Source of the DNA: Pristiophorus japonicus
Lineage: Eukaryota
Direction of reading: 5' to 3'
NCBI RefSeq assembly: GCF_044704955.1
Contig: NC_091995.1
Location: 57,164,001-57,228,000 of the forward strand
DNA length: 64,000 bases
A program made the position numbers and the translations under genes. The notes beneath the pieces were generated by a model, which saw only the letters and a list, made by a program, of their open reading frames with translations, made no database searches and was not told where the DNA came from. This document shows positions 9,175 through 21,917 of this stretch, in pieces; position 1 is the first letter of the stretch; each line of letters begins with the position of its first letter.

Positions 9175-12100
9175 TGTTCTGTATGTGAACTTTTATATAC
9201 CTTGTACAGCCACCAGAGGGCACATCCCCTGGAGTACCAAGGGATCCCACAATTCCTTGGGAGCACAGGTACTTAAGGAGGCCTCACAGGCTGGAGAGGC
9301 ACTCTGGAGACCTGCAATTATAGACTATGGTCACACTTTATTTTGAGCGCACAGTATCCAGTCAGACTCTTCATTCATATATAGCAACTGGCGACGAGAT
9401 ACAGATGACGAACCCAACGATGCAGAGAACAGTGGGCATCCTGGAGAAATTTTCAGAGGGAGATCATTGCGAAACATTCGTGGAGCGACTCGGCTAATAC
9501 TTCGTGGCCAATGAGCTGGAAGGAGAAGCGAACGCTGCCAAACAAAGGGCGATTCTCCTCACAGTCTGCGGGGCACCAATGTATGGCCTAATGAAAAATC
9601 TGCTTGCTCCAGCAAAATCCACAGAGAAATTGTATGATGATTTGTGCACACTAGTCCGGGGGCATCTGAACCCGAAGGAAAGTGTTCTGATGGCGAGCTG
9701 CCGGTTCTACACCTACAAAAGTTCTGAAGGCCAGGAAGTGGTGAGTTATGTCACCGAGCTAAGATGCCTTGCAGGACATTGCGAATTTGAAAGACATTTG
9801 GAGCACATGATCAGAGACATTTTTGTGCTTGGCATTGGCCACAAAGTGATACTTCGCAAACTTTTGACTGTAGAGACCCCAACCTTAAGTAAGGCCAAAG
9901 CGATAGCCCATACGTTCATTGCCACCAGTGACAATACTAAGCAAATCTTTCCCCACACGAGTGCTGCTACAAGTGATGATGTTTTCAAATCGCAACGTAC
10001 AGGGCAGGCCCCACATGCCTGCAGCTGCATGTCCACAGATGACTGAGTCCACCATCAAGGGTGATGAATTTTAACACCTTGTTGGCGCTTCAAAGGGTAC
10101 GTTTGTAAGGGCTGTGGAACAATGGGACACCTCCAACGTATGTGCAGGTGAGCTGCAAACCCTGTTAATCCTGCAAACCACCATGTTGCAGATGAGGACA
10201 GAGCCAAAGACCGAGGAGGCAGAGGTATATGGGGTGCACACATTTACCACAAAGTATCCCCCGGTAATGCTGAAGGTTGAATTAAATGGACTCCCGGTGT
10301 CAATGAAGCTGGACACTGGTGTGAGCCAGTCCATTATGAGCAAAAAGACTTTCGAAAAATTGTGGTGCAGCAAGGCCTCAAGGCCAGTCTTGACACCCAT
10401 TCGCACGAAACTAATAACTTACACAAAGGGCTTCTGTAAAGGTCTCCTACGATGGAGCGGTGCATAAGCTACCACTCTGGGTGGTACCGGGTGATGGTTC
10501 CACGCTGCTCGGCAGGAGCTGGCCGGGAAAGATATGTTAGAACTGGGACGATGTCCAAGCGCTCTCGTCCGCTGACGACACTTCCCTTCGCTGTTCAAAC
10601 CAGGCATCGGGAAGTTCCAAGGAGCAAAAGTGCAGATCCACCTAATTCCGAGGGCACGACCCATCCACCACAAGGTGAGAGCAGTACCGTACATGAGAGA
10701 AAGGGTAGAGATCGAGCTAGACCGGCTGCAACGAGAGGACATCATTTCGCCGATCGAATTCAATGAGTGGGCCAGTCCAATTGTTCCAGTCCTTAAGGGA
10801 GAAGGCACAATCAGAATCTGTGGTGATTACAAAGTAACTATCAATCGTTTCTCCCTGCAGGATCAATACCCACTACCAAAGACTGACGATCTTTTTGCTA
10901 TGCTGGCGGGAGGAAAGACGTTCATGAAGCTGGACTTGACCTCTGCCTACATGACGCAGGAGTTGGAGGAATCATCGAAAGGTCTCACCTGCATCAACAT
11001 GCACAAAAAAAACATTTATAACACATGCCTGTTTGGAATTCGATCAGCCGCGGCAATATTCCAGAGAAACATGGAAAGCTTACTGAAGTCGGTCCCGTGC
11101 ACGGTGGTATTCCAGGATGACAGGTCAGGACACAGTCGAGCATCTGCAGAACCTGGAGGAGGTTCTTAGTCGACTCAACCACGTGGGGCTCAGGTTGAAA
11201 TGCTCGAAGTGCGTTTTCCTGGCACTTGAAGTGGAGTTCCTGGGGAGAAGAATTGCGGCGGATGGCATCAGGCCCACCGATTCGAAGACAGAGGCAAACG
11301 AGAACGCACTGAGGCCACAGAATGCGGTCGTTTCTAGGACTACAGAGCTACTTCGATAACTTCTTACCGGGTCTCAGCACACTGTTAGAACCATTGCACG
11401 CCTTACTGCGTAAAGGAGACGAATGAGTATGGGGCAAAAGCCAAGAAAATGCCTTTGTAAAAGCTAGAAAATTGATATGCTCAAACAAATTGCTTGTGTT
11501 GTATGATCCATGTGAGCGTTTGGTACTAGCATGTGATGCGTCGTTGTATGGCATCGGGTGTGTATTGCAACAAGCTAATGAATCTGGGAAATTGCAACTG
11601 GTTGCTTATGCATCCAGAAGTCTGTCTAAGGCTCAGAGAGCCTACAGCATGATTGAAAAAGAAGCGTCAGCATGTGTCTATGGGGTAAAGAAAATGCATC
11701 AATATCTGTGGGCTAAAATTTGAATTGGAAATGGACCATAAGCCACTAATATCCCTTTTTTCCGAGAGTAAGGGGATAAATACGAAAGCATCTGCCCGCA
11801 TCCAGAGATGGGCGCTCATGTTATCTGCATACCACTACGCCATCCGCCACAAGCCAGGCACAGAAAACTGCGCCGATGCTCTCAGTAGGCTGCCATTGCC
11901 CACCACGGGGGTGGAAATGGCGCAGCCCGCAGATTTAGTCATGGTTATGGAAGCATTCGAGAGTGAGCAATCACCCATCATAGCCCGACAGATTAGAACC
12001 TGGACGAGACAGGACCCCTTACTTTCCCTGGTAAAAAATTGTGTGCTTCACGGGAGTTGGTCCAGTGTCCCAAAAGAGATAAAGCCTTACCAGCGGCGCA

Positions 12101-13567
12101 AAGATGAAATGTCTATACAGGCAGACTGCCTTCTGTGGGGTAATCGGGTAGTGGTCCCCAAGAAGGGCAGAGACACTTTCATCAGTGACCTCCACAGTAC
12201 CCACCCAGGCATCGTAATGATGAAAGCGATAGCCAGATCCCACATGTGGTGGCCCGGTATCGATGCGGAGTTAGAGTCCTGCATGCTCCGATGTAACACA
12301 TGCTCGCAGTTAAGCACCCAGGGAGGCGCCACTAAGTTTATGGTCGTGGCCGTCCAAACCGTGGTCCAGAGTCCATGTCGACTATGCAGGCCCGTTTTTG
12401 GGTAAAATGTTCCTTGTGGTTGTAGGTGCGTATTCCAAATGGATTGAATGTGAGATAATGTCAGCAAGCACGTCCGCTACCACCACGGAAAGCCTGCTGG
12501 CCATGTTTGCCACGCACGGACTACCTAATGTCCTCGTGAGCGACAACGGGCCATGTTTTACCAGTGCCGAGTTCAAAGAGTTCATGACCCGTAACGGGAT
12601 CAAACATGTTACATCTGCCCCGTTCAAACCAGCGTCCAATGGTCAGGCAGAGAGAGCAGTGCAAACTATCAAGCAGGACTTCAAGATGGTAACTGAAGGC
12701 TCACTGCAGACTCACCTATCCCAAATTCTGCTTAGCTACCGCACGAGATCCCACTCACTCACTCACTGGGATCCCATCTGCTGAACTGCTCATGAAAAGG
12801 GCCCTTAAGACAAGACTCTCGTTAGTTCACCCTGATCTACATGAACAAGTCGAGAGCAGGCGGCTTCAACAAAGTACATATCATAGCGCAAAAGTGTCAC
12901 GTGAACTTGAAATCAATGATCCTGTGTTTGTATTGAATTAAGGACAAGGTCCCAAGTGGCTTCCCGGCACTATTGTGACCAAAGAGGGGAGCAGGGTGTT
13001 TCGGGTCAAACTTTCAAATGGACTCATTCACCGGAAACACTTGGCCCAAATCAAACTCAGATTTACGGACTATCCTGAGCAAACCACTTTGGATCCTACC
13101 TTCTTTGACCTCCCAACATACACACCAGTGACAACCGACACAGCGGTTGGCCACAAAGCCCAGTTGGTTGGACTCACCACACCAGGCAGCCTAGCAAGGC
13201 CAGCTACACAGCAGCCCAGTGATGGCCCAACAAATGATTCACCAAAACCAGCATTTGCACAGAGATGATCAACCAGGAAAGAAAGGCCCCAGATCAACTC
13301 ACCTTGTAAATAGTTACACTGCTGACTTTGGGGGAGGGGGGGAGAGAAGAGTGCTGTTCTGTATGTAAACTTGTATATACCTTGTATAGCCACCAGAGGG
13401 CTCATCTCCTGGTGTCCCAAGGGATCCCACAATCCCTTGGGAGCTTGAGGTACTTAATGAGGCCTCACAGGCTGGAGAGGCACTCTCGAGACCGGCAATA
13501 AAAGACTATGGTCACACTTTACTTTGAGCGCACAGTATCCAGTCAGATTCTTCATTCATATATAACA
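9175..13567 (+). mobile_element. Ty3/Gypsy LTR retrotransposon (Mag-like), full length but decayed
   Basis: LTRs 9175-9386 and 13355-13567 (TG..CA); 5-bp TSD AAGGC; PBS TGGCGACGAG 9389-9398; PPT ~13330-13351; fragmented gag, protease (LDTG), RT (FQDD), RNase H and integrase. Confidence 0.95.
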
Positions 13568-13572
13568 AAGGC

Positions 13573-13805
13573 CTGGGAGAGGGTGCAGAGAAGATTTACA
13601 AGAATGATACCAGGGATGAGGGACTTGTGGAGAGACTGGAGAAGCTGGGATTGTTGTCCTTAGAGAAGAGAAGATTAAGAGGAGATTTAGGAGAGGTGTT
13701 CAAAATAATGAGGAGTTTTGATAGAGTATATAACGAAAAACTGTTTCCAGTGACGGGGGTCGATAACCAGGGGAACACAGATTTAAGGTGATTGGCAAAA
13801 GAACC
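13573..13805 (+). mobile_element. CR1 3' ORF2 fragment
   Basis: LERVQRRFTRMIPG...RLRGDL. Confidence 0.8.
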
Positions 13806-13949
13806 TAGAACAGGAGATACGGATAGTTACAGACGTGCCAGTTTAATGTTAGATTCCAGTAGGGCACTAAATTTAACATCAGGGACGGAGTGAATGAACA
13901 ATTAGACAAATCTGAGCTGATCAGAGTGTCCACGTGGATTTGTAAAGGG

Positions 13950-14225
13950 TATCACTACTTCCACCTTTGTAATATCTCCCGACTCCGCCCCTGCCTCAGC
14001 TTATCTGCTGCTAACTCCCTCATCCATGCCTTTGTTACTTCTAGAATTGACTTTTCCAACACTGTCCTGGCTAGCCTCTCAACTTCCACCCTCCACAAAC
14101 GTGAGGTCATCTTCTGCCTATGACCTAACTCGTACCAAGTCCTGTTCATCCATCACCCCTGTGCTCGCTGACCTACATTGGCTTCTGATTAAACAAAGTC
14201 GTGATTTTTATAATTCTCATCCTTG
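13950..14225 (+). mobile_element. L2-clade LINE RT fragment
   Basis: YFHLCNISRLRPCLS...LIHAFVTSRID, ITPVLADLHWL. Confidence 0.8.
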
Positions 14226-15925
14226 AGACCTATTTATCCCAACTCTCTGTTTTCTGTTAGTTAGCCAATCCTCTCTCTATGCTAATATATTACCCCCAAC
14301 ACCATGAGCTCTTATCTTGTGCAGCAACCTTATATGTGACACCTTATCAAATGCCATTTGGAAATCCAAATACATTACATCTACTGGTTCCCCTTTACCC
14401 ATCCTGCTCGTTACATCTTCAACGAACTCTAATACATTTGTCAAACACTCTTGCCCTTTCATAAAACCATATGCTTGATTGTATTATGATTTTCTAAATA
14501 TCCTGCTTCTGCTTCCTTAATAATGGATTCCAGCACTTTCACAATGACAGCTGTTAAGGCTAACTGGCTTATAGTTTCTTGCTTTCTTTCTCCCTCCTTT
14601 CTTGAATAGTGGCATTATATTTGCGGTTTTCCAATCAGCTGGGACATTTCCAGAATTTAGGGAATTTTGGAAGATTACAACCAATGCATCCACTATCTCT
14701 GTTGTCACTACTTTTAACACCCTAGGATGCAGGCCATCAGGTCCAGGGGACATGTCCACCTTTAGTCCTATTGGTTTTCCCTAATATGATTGTTTTAATT
14801 TCCTCCCTCCCTTTTGTCCCCTACTAATATTGGGATGTTTTTAGTGTCTTCTACCATGAAGACTGACACAAAATATTTGTTCAAAGTCTCTGCCATTTCA
14901 CTGTTTCCCATTATTAATTCCCCAGTCTTATTCTCTAAGGGACCAACATTTACTTTAGCTACTCTTCCATTTTATATACTTGCAGAAGCTCTTATTGTCT
15001 GTATTTATATTTCTTGTTAGTTTACTCTCAATCAGTTTTCTCCCTCTTTATTTTTTTTTTAGTCATTCTTTGCTGGCTTTTAAAATGTTCCCAATCTTTG
15101 GCCTACACTAATCTTTGCAACTTTGTATGCCTTTTCTTTCAATTTGATAACATTCTTAACTTCCTTAGTTAGCCATGGATGGTTCTCCCTTCTCGTAGTC
15201 TTTTCCAATAGAATATATCATTGTTGAGAATTATGAAATATCTCCTTAAATGTCTACCACTGCATAGCTACCATCCTACTTTGAATCTATATTCCCAGTC
15301 CATTTTAGCCAACTCTGTCTTCATATCTTTGTAATTGCCTTTATTTAGGTTTAAGACACTAATTTCAGACCCAAGTTTGTCACCATCAAACTGAATGTGA
15401 AATTCTAACATGTTATAATCACTCTTCCCTAGAGGATCCTTCACTATGAGATCATTTAATTAATCAAGTCTCATTACACACTACCAGATCTAAAATAGCC
15501 TGCTCCCTGGATGGTTCCACAACATATTGTTCTAAGAAACCATCCCAAATACGCTCTATGAACTCGTTCTCAAGGCCATCTTTGCCAATTTGATCTGCCA
15601 ATCAATATGAAGATTAAAATCGCCCATGATTATTGCAGTATCTTTCTTATAAGCCCCCATTATTTCTTCATTTATACTCTGTCCAAAGTTGTAGCTACTG
15701 TTCGGGGGCCTATAGACTACTCCCACCAGTGACTTCTTTCCCTTGCTATTTCTTATCTCCACCCAAACTGATTCTACATCTTCATCTTCCAAGCCAAGAT
15801 AATTTCTCACGACTGTACTGATCTCATCCTTTATTAATAGAGCTACCCCAACTACTTTTCCTTTCTGCCTATCCTATCAAAATATCAAATACCCCTGAAT
15901 ATTCAGTTCCCAGGTTTGGTCACCT
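14226..15925 (-). mobile_element. CR1 ORF2 fragment (endonuclease to RT)
   Basis: GVVYRPP, MGDFN, SPGPDGLHPRVLK, DFQMAFDKV on the minus strand. Confidence 0.92.
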
Positions 15926-16220
15926 GGAATCAGACGGGGTGGGATATTAAAGGGGAGGGGGAGTGAGCAGGAGAGTGGGATCAGACTGGGTGGGATATTA
16001 AAAGGTATGGGGAGTGAGATTAGACTGGGTGGGATATTACAGGGTAGGGGGAGTGGGATTAGACTGGATGGTATATTAAAGGTTAGAGGAGTGAGCAGGA
16101 GAGCGGGATTGCACTGGGTGGGATAGTAAAGGGTATGGGGAGTGAGGGGGAGAGTGGGATAGTAAAGGATATGGGGAGTGAGGGGGAGAGTGAGATTAGA
16201 CTGGGTGTAATATTAAAGGG
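15926..16220 (+). repeat. ~51-bp minisatellite, left part
   Basis: Unit GAGTGGGATTAGACTGGGTGGGATATTAAAGGGTATGGGGAGTGAGCAGGA. Confidence 0.9.
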
Positions 16221-19200
16221 TAAGTGATTGGTGAGTAGTTTTTCTCTCTTCTTTATTTTTTTCTTTTTTCATCAGTACGAAACCTTTGTCATTGTTGCCA
16301 AATTAAGTAAATTAAGTAATTTAAGGGTTAAGTCATGCCAGTTGAGCACACTCCTCCTGTGCTGTGTGGGAAATCAGGGACACTGTGTCCCTGACAACTA
16401 CATGTGCGGGAAGTGTGTCCAGCTGCAGCTCCTGACAGACCGCATTGCGGCACTGGAGCTGCGGGTGGATTCACTCTGGAGTATCCGTGATGCTGAGGAT
16501 GTCGTGAATAGCACGTTTAGCGAGTTGGTCACACCACAGGCAAAGGTTACAAAGGCAGAGAGGGAATGGCTAAGCAGCAGGAAGGAAGGTAGTGCAGGGG
16601 TCCCCTGTAAAACCTCCTGCAAAACACATACAACGTTTTGGGTACTGTTGGGGGATGGGATGACTCATCAGGGGAGGGCAGCAGCAGCCTAGTTCATGGT
16701 ACCATGGGTGGCTCTGCTGCATAGGAGGGCAGGCAAAAAAGTGGGAAAGCTATAGTGGTCGGGGATTCTATTGTAAGGGGAATAGATAGACGTTTGTGTG
16801 GTCGCAATTGAGACTCCAGGATGGTATGTTGCCTCTCTGGTGCAAGGGTCAAGGATGTCTTAGAGCGGCTGCAGGACATTTTGGAGGGGGAGGGTGAACA
16901 GTCAGTTGTCGTGGTGCATATAGGTACCAAAGATATCGGTAAAAAATGGGATGAGGTCCTACAAGCTGAATTTAGGGAGCGAGGAGTTAAATTAAAAAGC
17001 AGGATTTCAAAGGTAGTAATCTCAGGATTGCTACCAGTGCCACGTGCTAGTCAGAGTAGAAATAGCAGGATAGCTAAGATGAATACATGGCTTGAGGAGT
17101 GGTGCAGGAGGGAGGGATTCAAATTCCTGGGACATTGAAACCAGTTCTGGGGGAGGTGGGACCAGTACAAACGAGACGGTCTGCACCTGGGCAGAACTGG
17201 AACCAATGTCCTAGGGGGAGTGTTTGCTAGTGCTGTTGGGGAGGGATTAAACTAATATGGCAGGGGGATGGGAACCTATGCAGGGAGATAGAAGGAAGTA
17301 AAATGGGGGCAGAAGCAAAAGATAGAAAGAAGAAAAGTAAAAGTGGAGGGCAGAAAAACCCAAGGCAAAAATCAAAAAGGGCCACATTGCAGCAAAATTT
17401 TAAAGGGGCAAGGTGTGCTAAAAAGCCAAGCCTGAAGGCTCTGTGCCTCAATGCGAGGAGTATTTGTAATAAGGTGGACGAATTAACTGCACAGGCAGCT
17501 ATTAACGAATATGATATAATTGGGATTACGGAGACATGGCTCCAGGGTGACCAAGGCTGGGAACTCAACATCCAGGCATATTCAACATTCAGGAAGCATA
17601 GACAGAAAGGAAAAGGTGGTGGGGTAGCATTGCTGGTTAAATTGGAAATTAACGCAATATTAAGGAAGGACATTAGCTTGGATGATGTGGAATCTGTATG
17701 GGTAGAGCTGCGGAATACCAAAGGGCAGAAAACGATAGCTGGAGTTGTGTACAGACCATCAAACAGTAGTAGTAAAGTTGGGGACAGCATAAAACAAGAA
17801 ATTAGGTACGCGTCAATAAAGGTACAGCAGTTCTCATGGGCGACTTTAATCTACATATAGATTGGGCTAATCAAAATGGTCCTGAACTTGAGGAAAGGTA
17901 ACTTCGATGGTATGAGACGTGAATTAGCTAGAATAGACTGGCGAACGATACTTAAAGGGTTGATGGTGGATAGGCAATGGCAGACATTTAAATATCACAT
18001 GGATCGACCTCAACAATTGTACATCCCTGTCTGGAGTAAAAATAAAATGGGGAAGGTAGCTCCACCGTGGCTAACAAGGGAAATTAGGGATAGTGTTAAA
18101 TCCAATGAAGAGGCATATAAATTGGCCAGAAAAAGCAGCAAACCTGAGGACTGGGAGAAATTTATAATCCAGTAGCGGAGGACTAAGTGTTTAATTAGGA
18201 GGGGGAAAATAGAGTATGAGAGGAAGCTTGCAGGGAACATAAAAACTGACTACAAAAGCTTCTATAGATTTGTGAAGAGAAAGAGATTAGTGAAGACAAA
18301 TGTAGGTCCCTTGCAGTCAGAATCAGGTGAATTTATAATGGGGAACAGAGAAATGGCAGACCAATTGAACAAATACTTTGGTTCTGTCTTTACGAAGGAA
18401 GACACGAATAACCTTCCGGAAATACTAGGGGACAGAGGATCTAGCGAGAAGGTGGAACTGAAGGAAATCCTTATTAGTCGGGAAATTGATGGGATTGAAG
18501 GCCGATAAATCCCCAGGGCCTGATTGTCTGCACCCCAGAGCTCTTAAGGAAGTGGCCCTAGAAATAGTGGATGCATTGGTGATCATTTTCCAACATTCTA
18601 TTGAGTCTGGATCAGTTCCTATGGACTGGAGGGTAGCTAATGTAACACCACTTTTTAAAAGAGGAGGGAGAGAGAAAGCGGGGAATTATAGACCGGTTAG
18701 CCTGACATCGGTGGTGGGGAAAATGTTGAAATCAATTAGTAAAGATGAAATAGCAGCGCATTTGGAAAGCAGTGACAGGATCGGTCCAAGTCAGAAAGGG
18801 AAATCATGCTTGACAAAATCTTCTAGAATTTTTTGATCAAATTAGTAGAGTGGACAAGAGAGAACCAATGGATGTGGTGTATTTGGACTTTCAAAAAACG
18901 AGATTGTTGTGCAAAGTTAAAGCACATGGTATTGGGGGTAATGTACTGACGTGGATAGAGAACTGGTTGACAGACAAGAAGCAGAGAGTCGGGATAAACT
19001 GGTCCTTTTCAGAATAGCAGGCAGTGACTGTGAGGTGCTGCAGGGCTCAATGCTGGGACTCCAGATACTTACAATATATATCAATGATTTAGATGAAGGA
19101 ATTAAGTGTAATATCTCCAAGTTTGCAGATGACACTAAGCTGGGTGGTAGTGTGAGCTGTGAGGAGGATGCTAAGAGACTGCAGGGTGACTTGGACAGGT

Positions 19201-20043
19201 TAGGTGAGTGAGCAAATGCATAGCAGATGCAGTATAATGTGGATAAATGTGAGGTTATCAACTTTGGTGGCAAAAACGTGAAGGCAGAATATTATCTGAA
19301 TGGCGGCAGATTAGGAAAAAGGGAGGTGCACGAGGCGTGGATGTCATGGTACATCAGTCATTGAAAGTTGGCATGCAGGTACAGCAGGCGGTGAAGAAGG
19401 CAAATGGCATGTTGGCCTTCATAGCTAGGGGATTTGAGTATAGGAGCAGGGAGGTCTTACTGCAGTTGTACAGGGCCTTAGTGAGGTCTCACCTGGAATA
19501 TTGTGTTCAGTTTTGGTCTCCTAAACTGAGGAAGGACGTTCTCGCTATTGAGGGAATGCAGCAAAAGTTCACCAGACTGAGTTCCGGGATGGGACTGACA
19601 TATGAGGAGAGACTGGATCGAGTGTGCCTGTATTCACTGGAGTTTAGAAGAATGAGGGGATCTCATAGAAACATATAAACTTCTGACGGGACTGGACAGG
19701 TTAGATGCAGGAAGAATGTTCCCGATGTTGGGGAAGTCCAGAACCAGGGGTCACAGTCTAAGGATAAGGGGTAAGCCATTTAGGACCGAGATGAGGAGAA
19801 ACTTCTTCACTCAGAGTTGTGAACCTATGGAATTCTCTACCGCAGAGAGTTGCTGATGCCAGTTCATTAGCTATATTCAAGAGGGTGTTAGATATGGCCC
19901 TTATGTCTAAAGGGATCAAGGGGTATGGAGAGAAAGCAGGAAAGGGGTACTGAGGTGAATGATCAGCCATGAACTTATTGAATGGTGGTGCAGGCTCGAA
20001 GGGCCGAATGGCCTACTCCTGCACCTATTTTTCTATGGTTTCT
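16215..20043 (+). mobile_element. near full-length CR1 LINE (ORF1 zinc finger plus SGNH esterase; ORF2 APE plus RT), decayed, inserted in a minisatellite
   Basis: CGKC finger; GDS, VHIGT and DGLHL esterase blocks; LNARS/ITETWL endonuclease; KFADD RT; TTCTATG tail. Confidence 0.95.
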
Positions 20044-20400
20044 GTGGGTGGGATATTAAAGGGTATGCGGAGTGAAGGGGAGAGTGTGATTAGACTGGGT
20101 GGGATATTAATGGGTAAGGGGCGTGAGCAGGAGAGTGGGATTAGACTGGGTGGGATATTACGGGTACAGAGAGTGAGCATGAGAGTGGGATTAGACTGGG
20201 TGGGATATTAAAGGATATGGGGAGTGAGGGGGAGAGTGGGATTAGCCTCGGTGAGATATTTAAGGGTATGGGGAGTGAGCAGGAGACTGAGATTAGACTG
20301 GGTAGGATATTAATGGGTATTGGGAGTGAGGGAAGAGTGGGATATTAAAGGTTTGGGAAGTGAGCAGGAGATTGGGATTACATTGGGTGGGATATTAAGG
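20044..20400 (+). repeat. ~51-bp minisatellite, right part
   Basis: Same unit as 15926-16220. Confidence 0.9.
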
Positions 20401-21917
20401 GGCGAAAATGGGGGAGGAATTTAACATAATCACTAAGGAGGTAGTACTTAATACGTTAATGGGACTAAATGCGGATAAATCCCCTGGACTTGATGGCTTG
20501 CATCCTAGGTGTCTTAAGAGAAGTAGCGGCAGAAGTAGTGGATGCATTGGTGGTAATTTATAAAAATTTCCTGGATTCTGGGGAGGTCCCAGCAGATTGG
20601 AAAACTGCAAATGTAACGCCCCTATTTCAAAAAAGGAGGCAGACAAAAAGCAGGATACTCTAGACCAGTTAGCCTAACATCTGTGGTTGGGAAAATGTTG
20701 GAGTCCATTATTCAAGAAGCAGTTACAGGGCAGTTGGAAAATCAAAATTCGGTCAGGCTGAGTCAGCATGGATTTTTGAAGAAGTAATTTGACAAATTTT
20801 CTAGAATTCTTTGAGGATGTAATGAACAGGGTGGATAAAGGGGGGAACCAGTGGATGTGGTGTATTTGGGCTTCCAGAAGGCATTTGACAAGGTGCCACA
20901 TAAAAGGTTACTGCACAAGATAAAAATTCACAGGGTTGGGGGTAATATATTCGCATGGATGGAGGATTGGCTAATGAACAGAAAACAGAGAGACGGCACA
21001 AATGGTTCATTCTCCGGTTGGCAGTCAGTAACTAGTGGGATGCCACAGGGATCAGTGCTATTTACAATCTATATTAACGACTTGGAAGAAGGGACTGAGT
21101 GTAACGTAGCTAAATTTGCTGATACAAAGATGGGAGGAAAAGCAATGTGTGAGGAGCACACAAAAAAATCTGCAAAGGATATAGATAGGTTAAGTGAGTG
21201 GGCAAAAATTTGGCACATGTTGGAAAATGTGAGGTCATGCACTTTGGTAGAAAAAAAATCTAAGAGCAAGTTATTATTTAAATGGAGAAAAATTGCAAAG
21301 TGCTGCAGTACAGCGGGACCTGGGGGTACTTGTGCATGAAATACAAAAGGTTAGTATGGAGGTACAGCAAGTGATCAGAAAGGCCAATGGAATCTTGGCC
21401 TTTATTGCAAAGGGGATGGAGTATAAAAGTGGGAAAGTCTTGCTACAGTTATGCAAGGTATTGGTGAGGCCACACCTGGAATACTGCATGCAGTTTTGGT
21501 TTCCATATTTACGAAAGGATATACCGGTACTTGCTTTGGAGGCAGTTCAGAGATGTTTCACAAGGTTGATTCCTGAGATGAGGGGGTTGACTTATGAGGA
21601 AAGGTTGAGTCGATTGGGCTTCTACTCCTTGGAATCCAGAAGAATGAGAGGTGATCTTATCGAAACGTATAATATTATGAGAGGGCTTGACAAGGTGGAT
21701 GCAGAGAGGATGTTTCCACTGATAAGGGAGACTAGAACTAGAGGGTATAATGTTAGAATAAGGGGCCGCCCATTTAAAACTGAGATGAGGAGAAATTTCT
21801 TCTCTGAGGGTTGTGGATCTGTGGAATTCGCTGCTGGGACATTGAATAAATTTAAGACAGAAATAGACAGTTTCTTAAACGATAAGGGAATAGGGGTTAT
21901 GGAGAGCGGACAGGGAA
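20401..21917 (+). mobile_element. 5'-truncated CR1 lacking its 3' tail
   Basis: RT peptides; fused directly to the following LTR. Confidence 0.92.

Noticed and set aside
16330-17290. SGNH esterase-like ORF as a host gene
   Set aside because: This is the standard CR1 ORF1 domain, and it is disrupted here.
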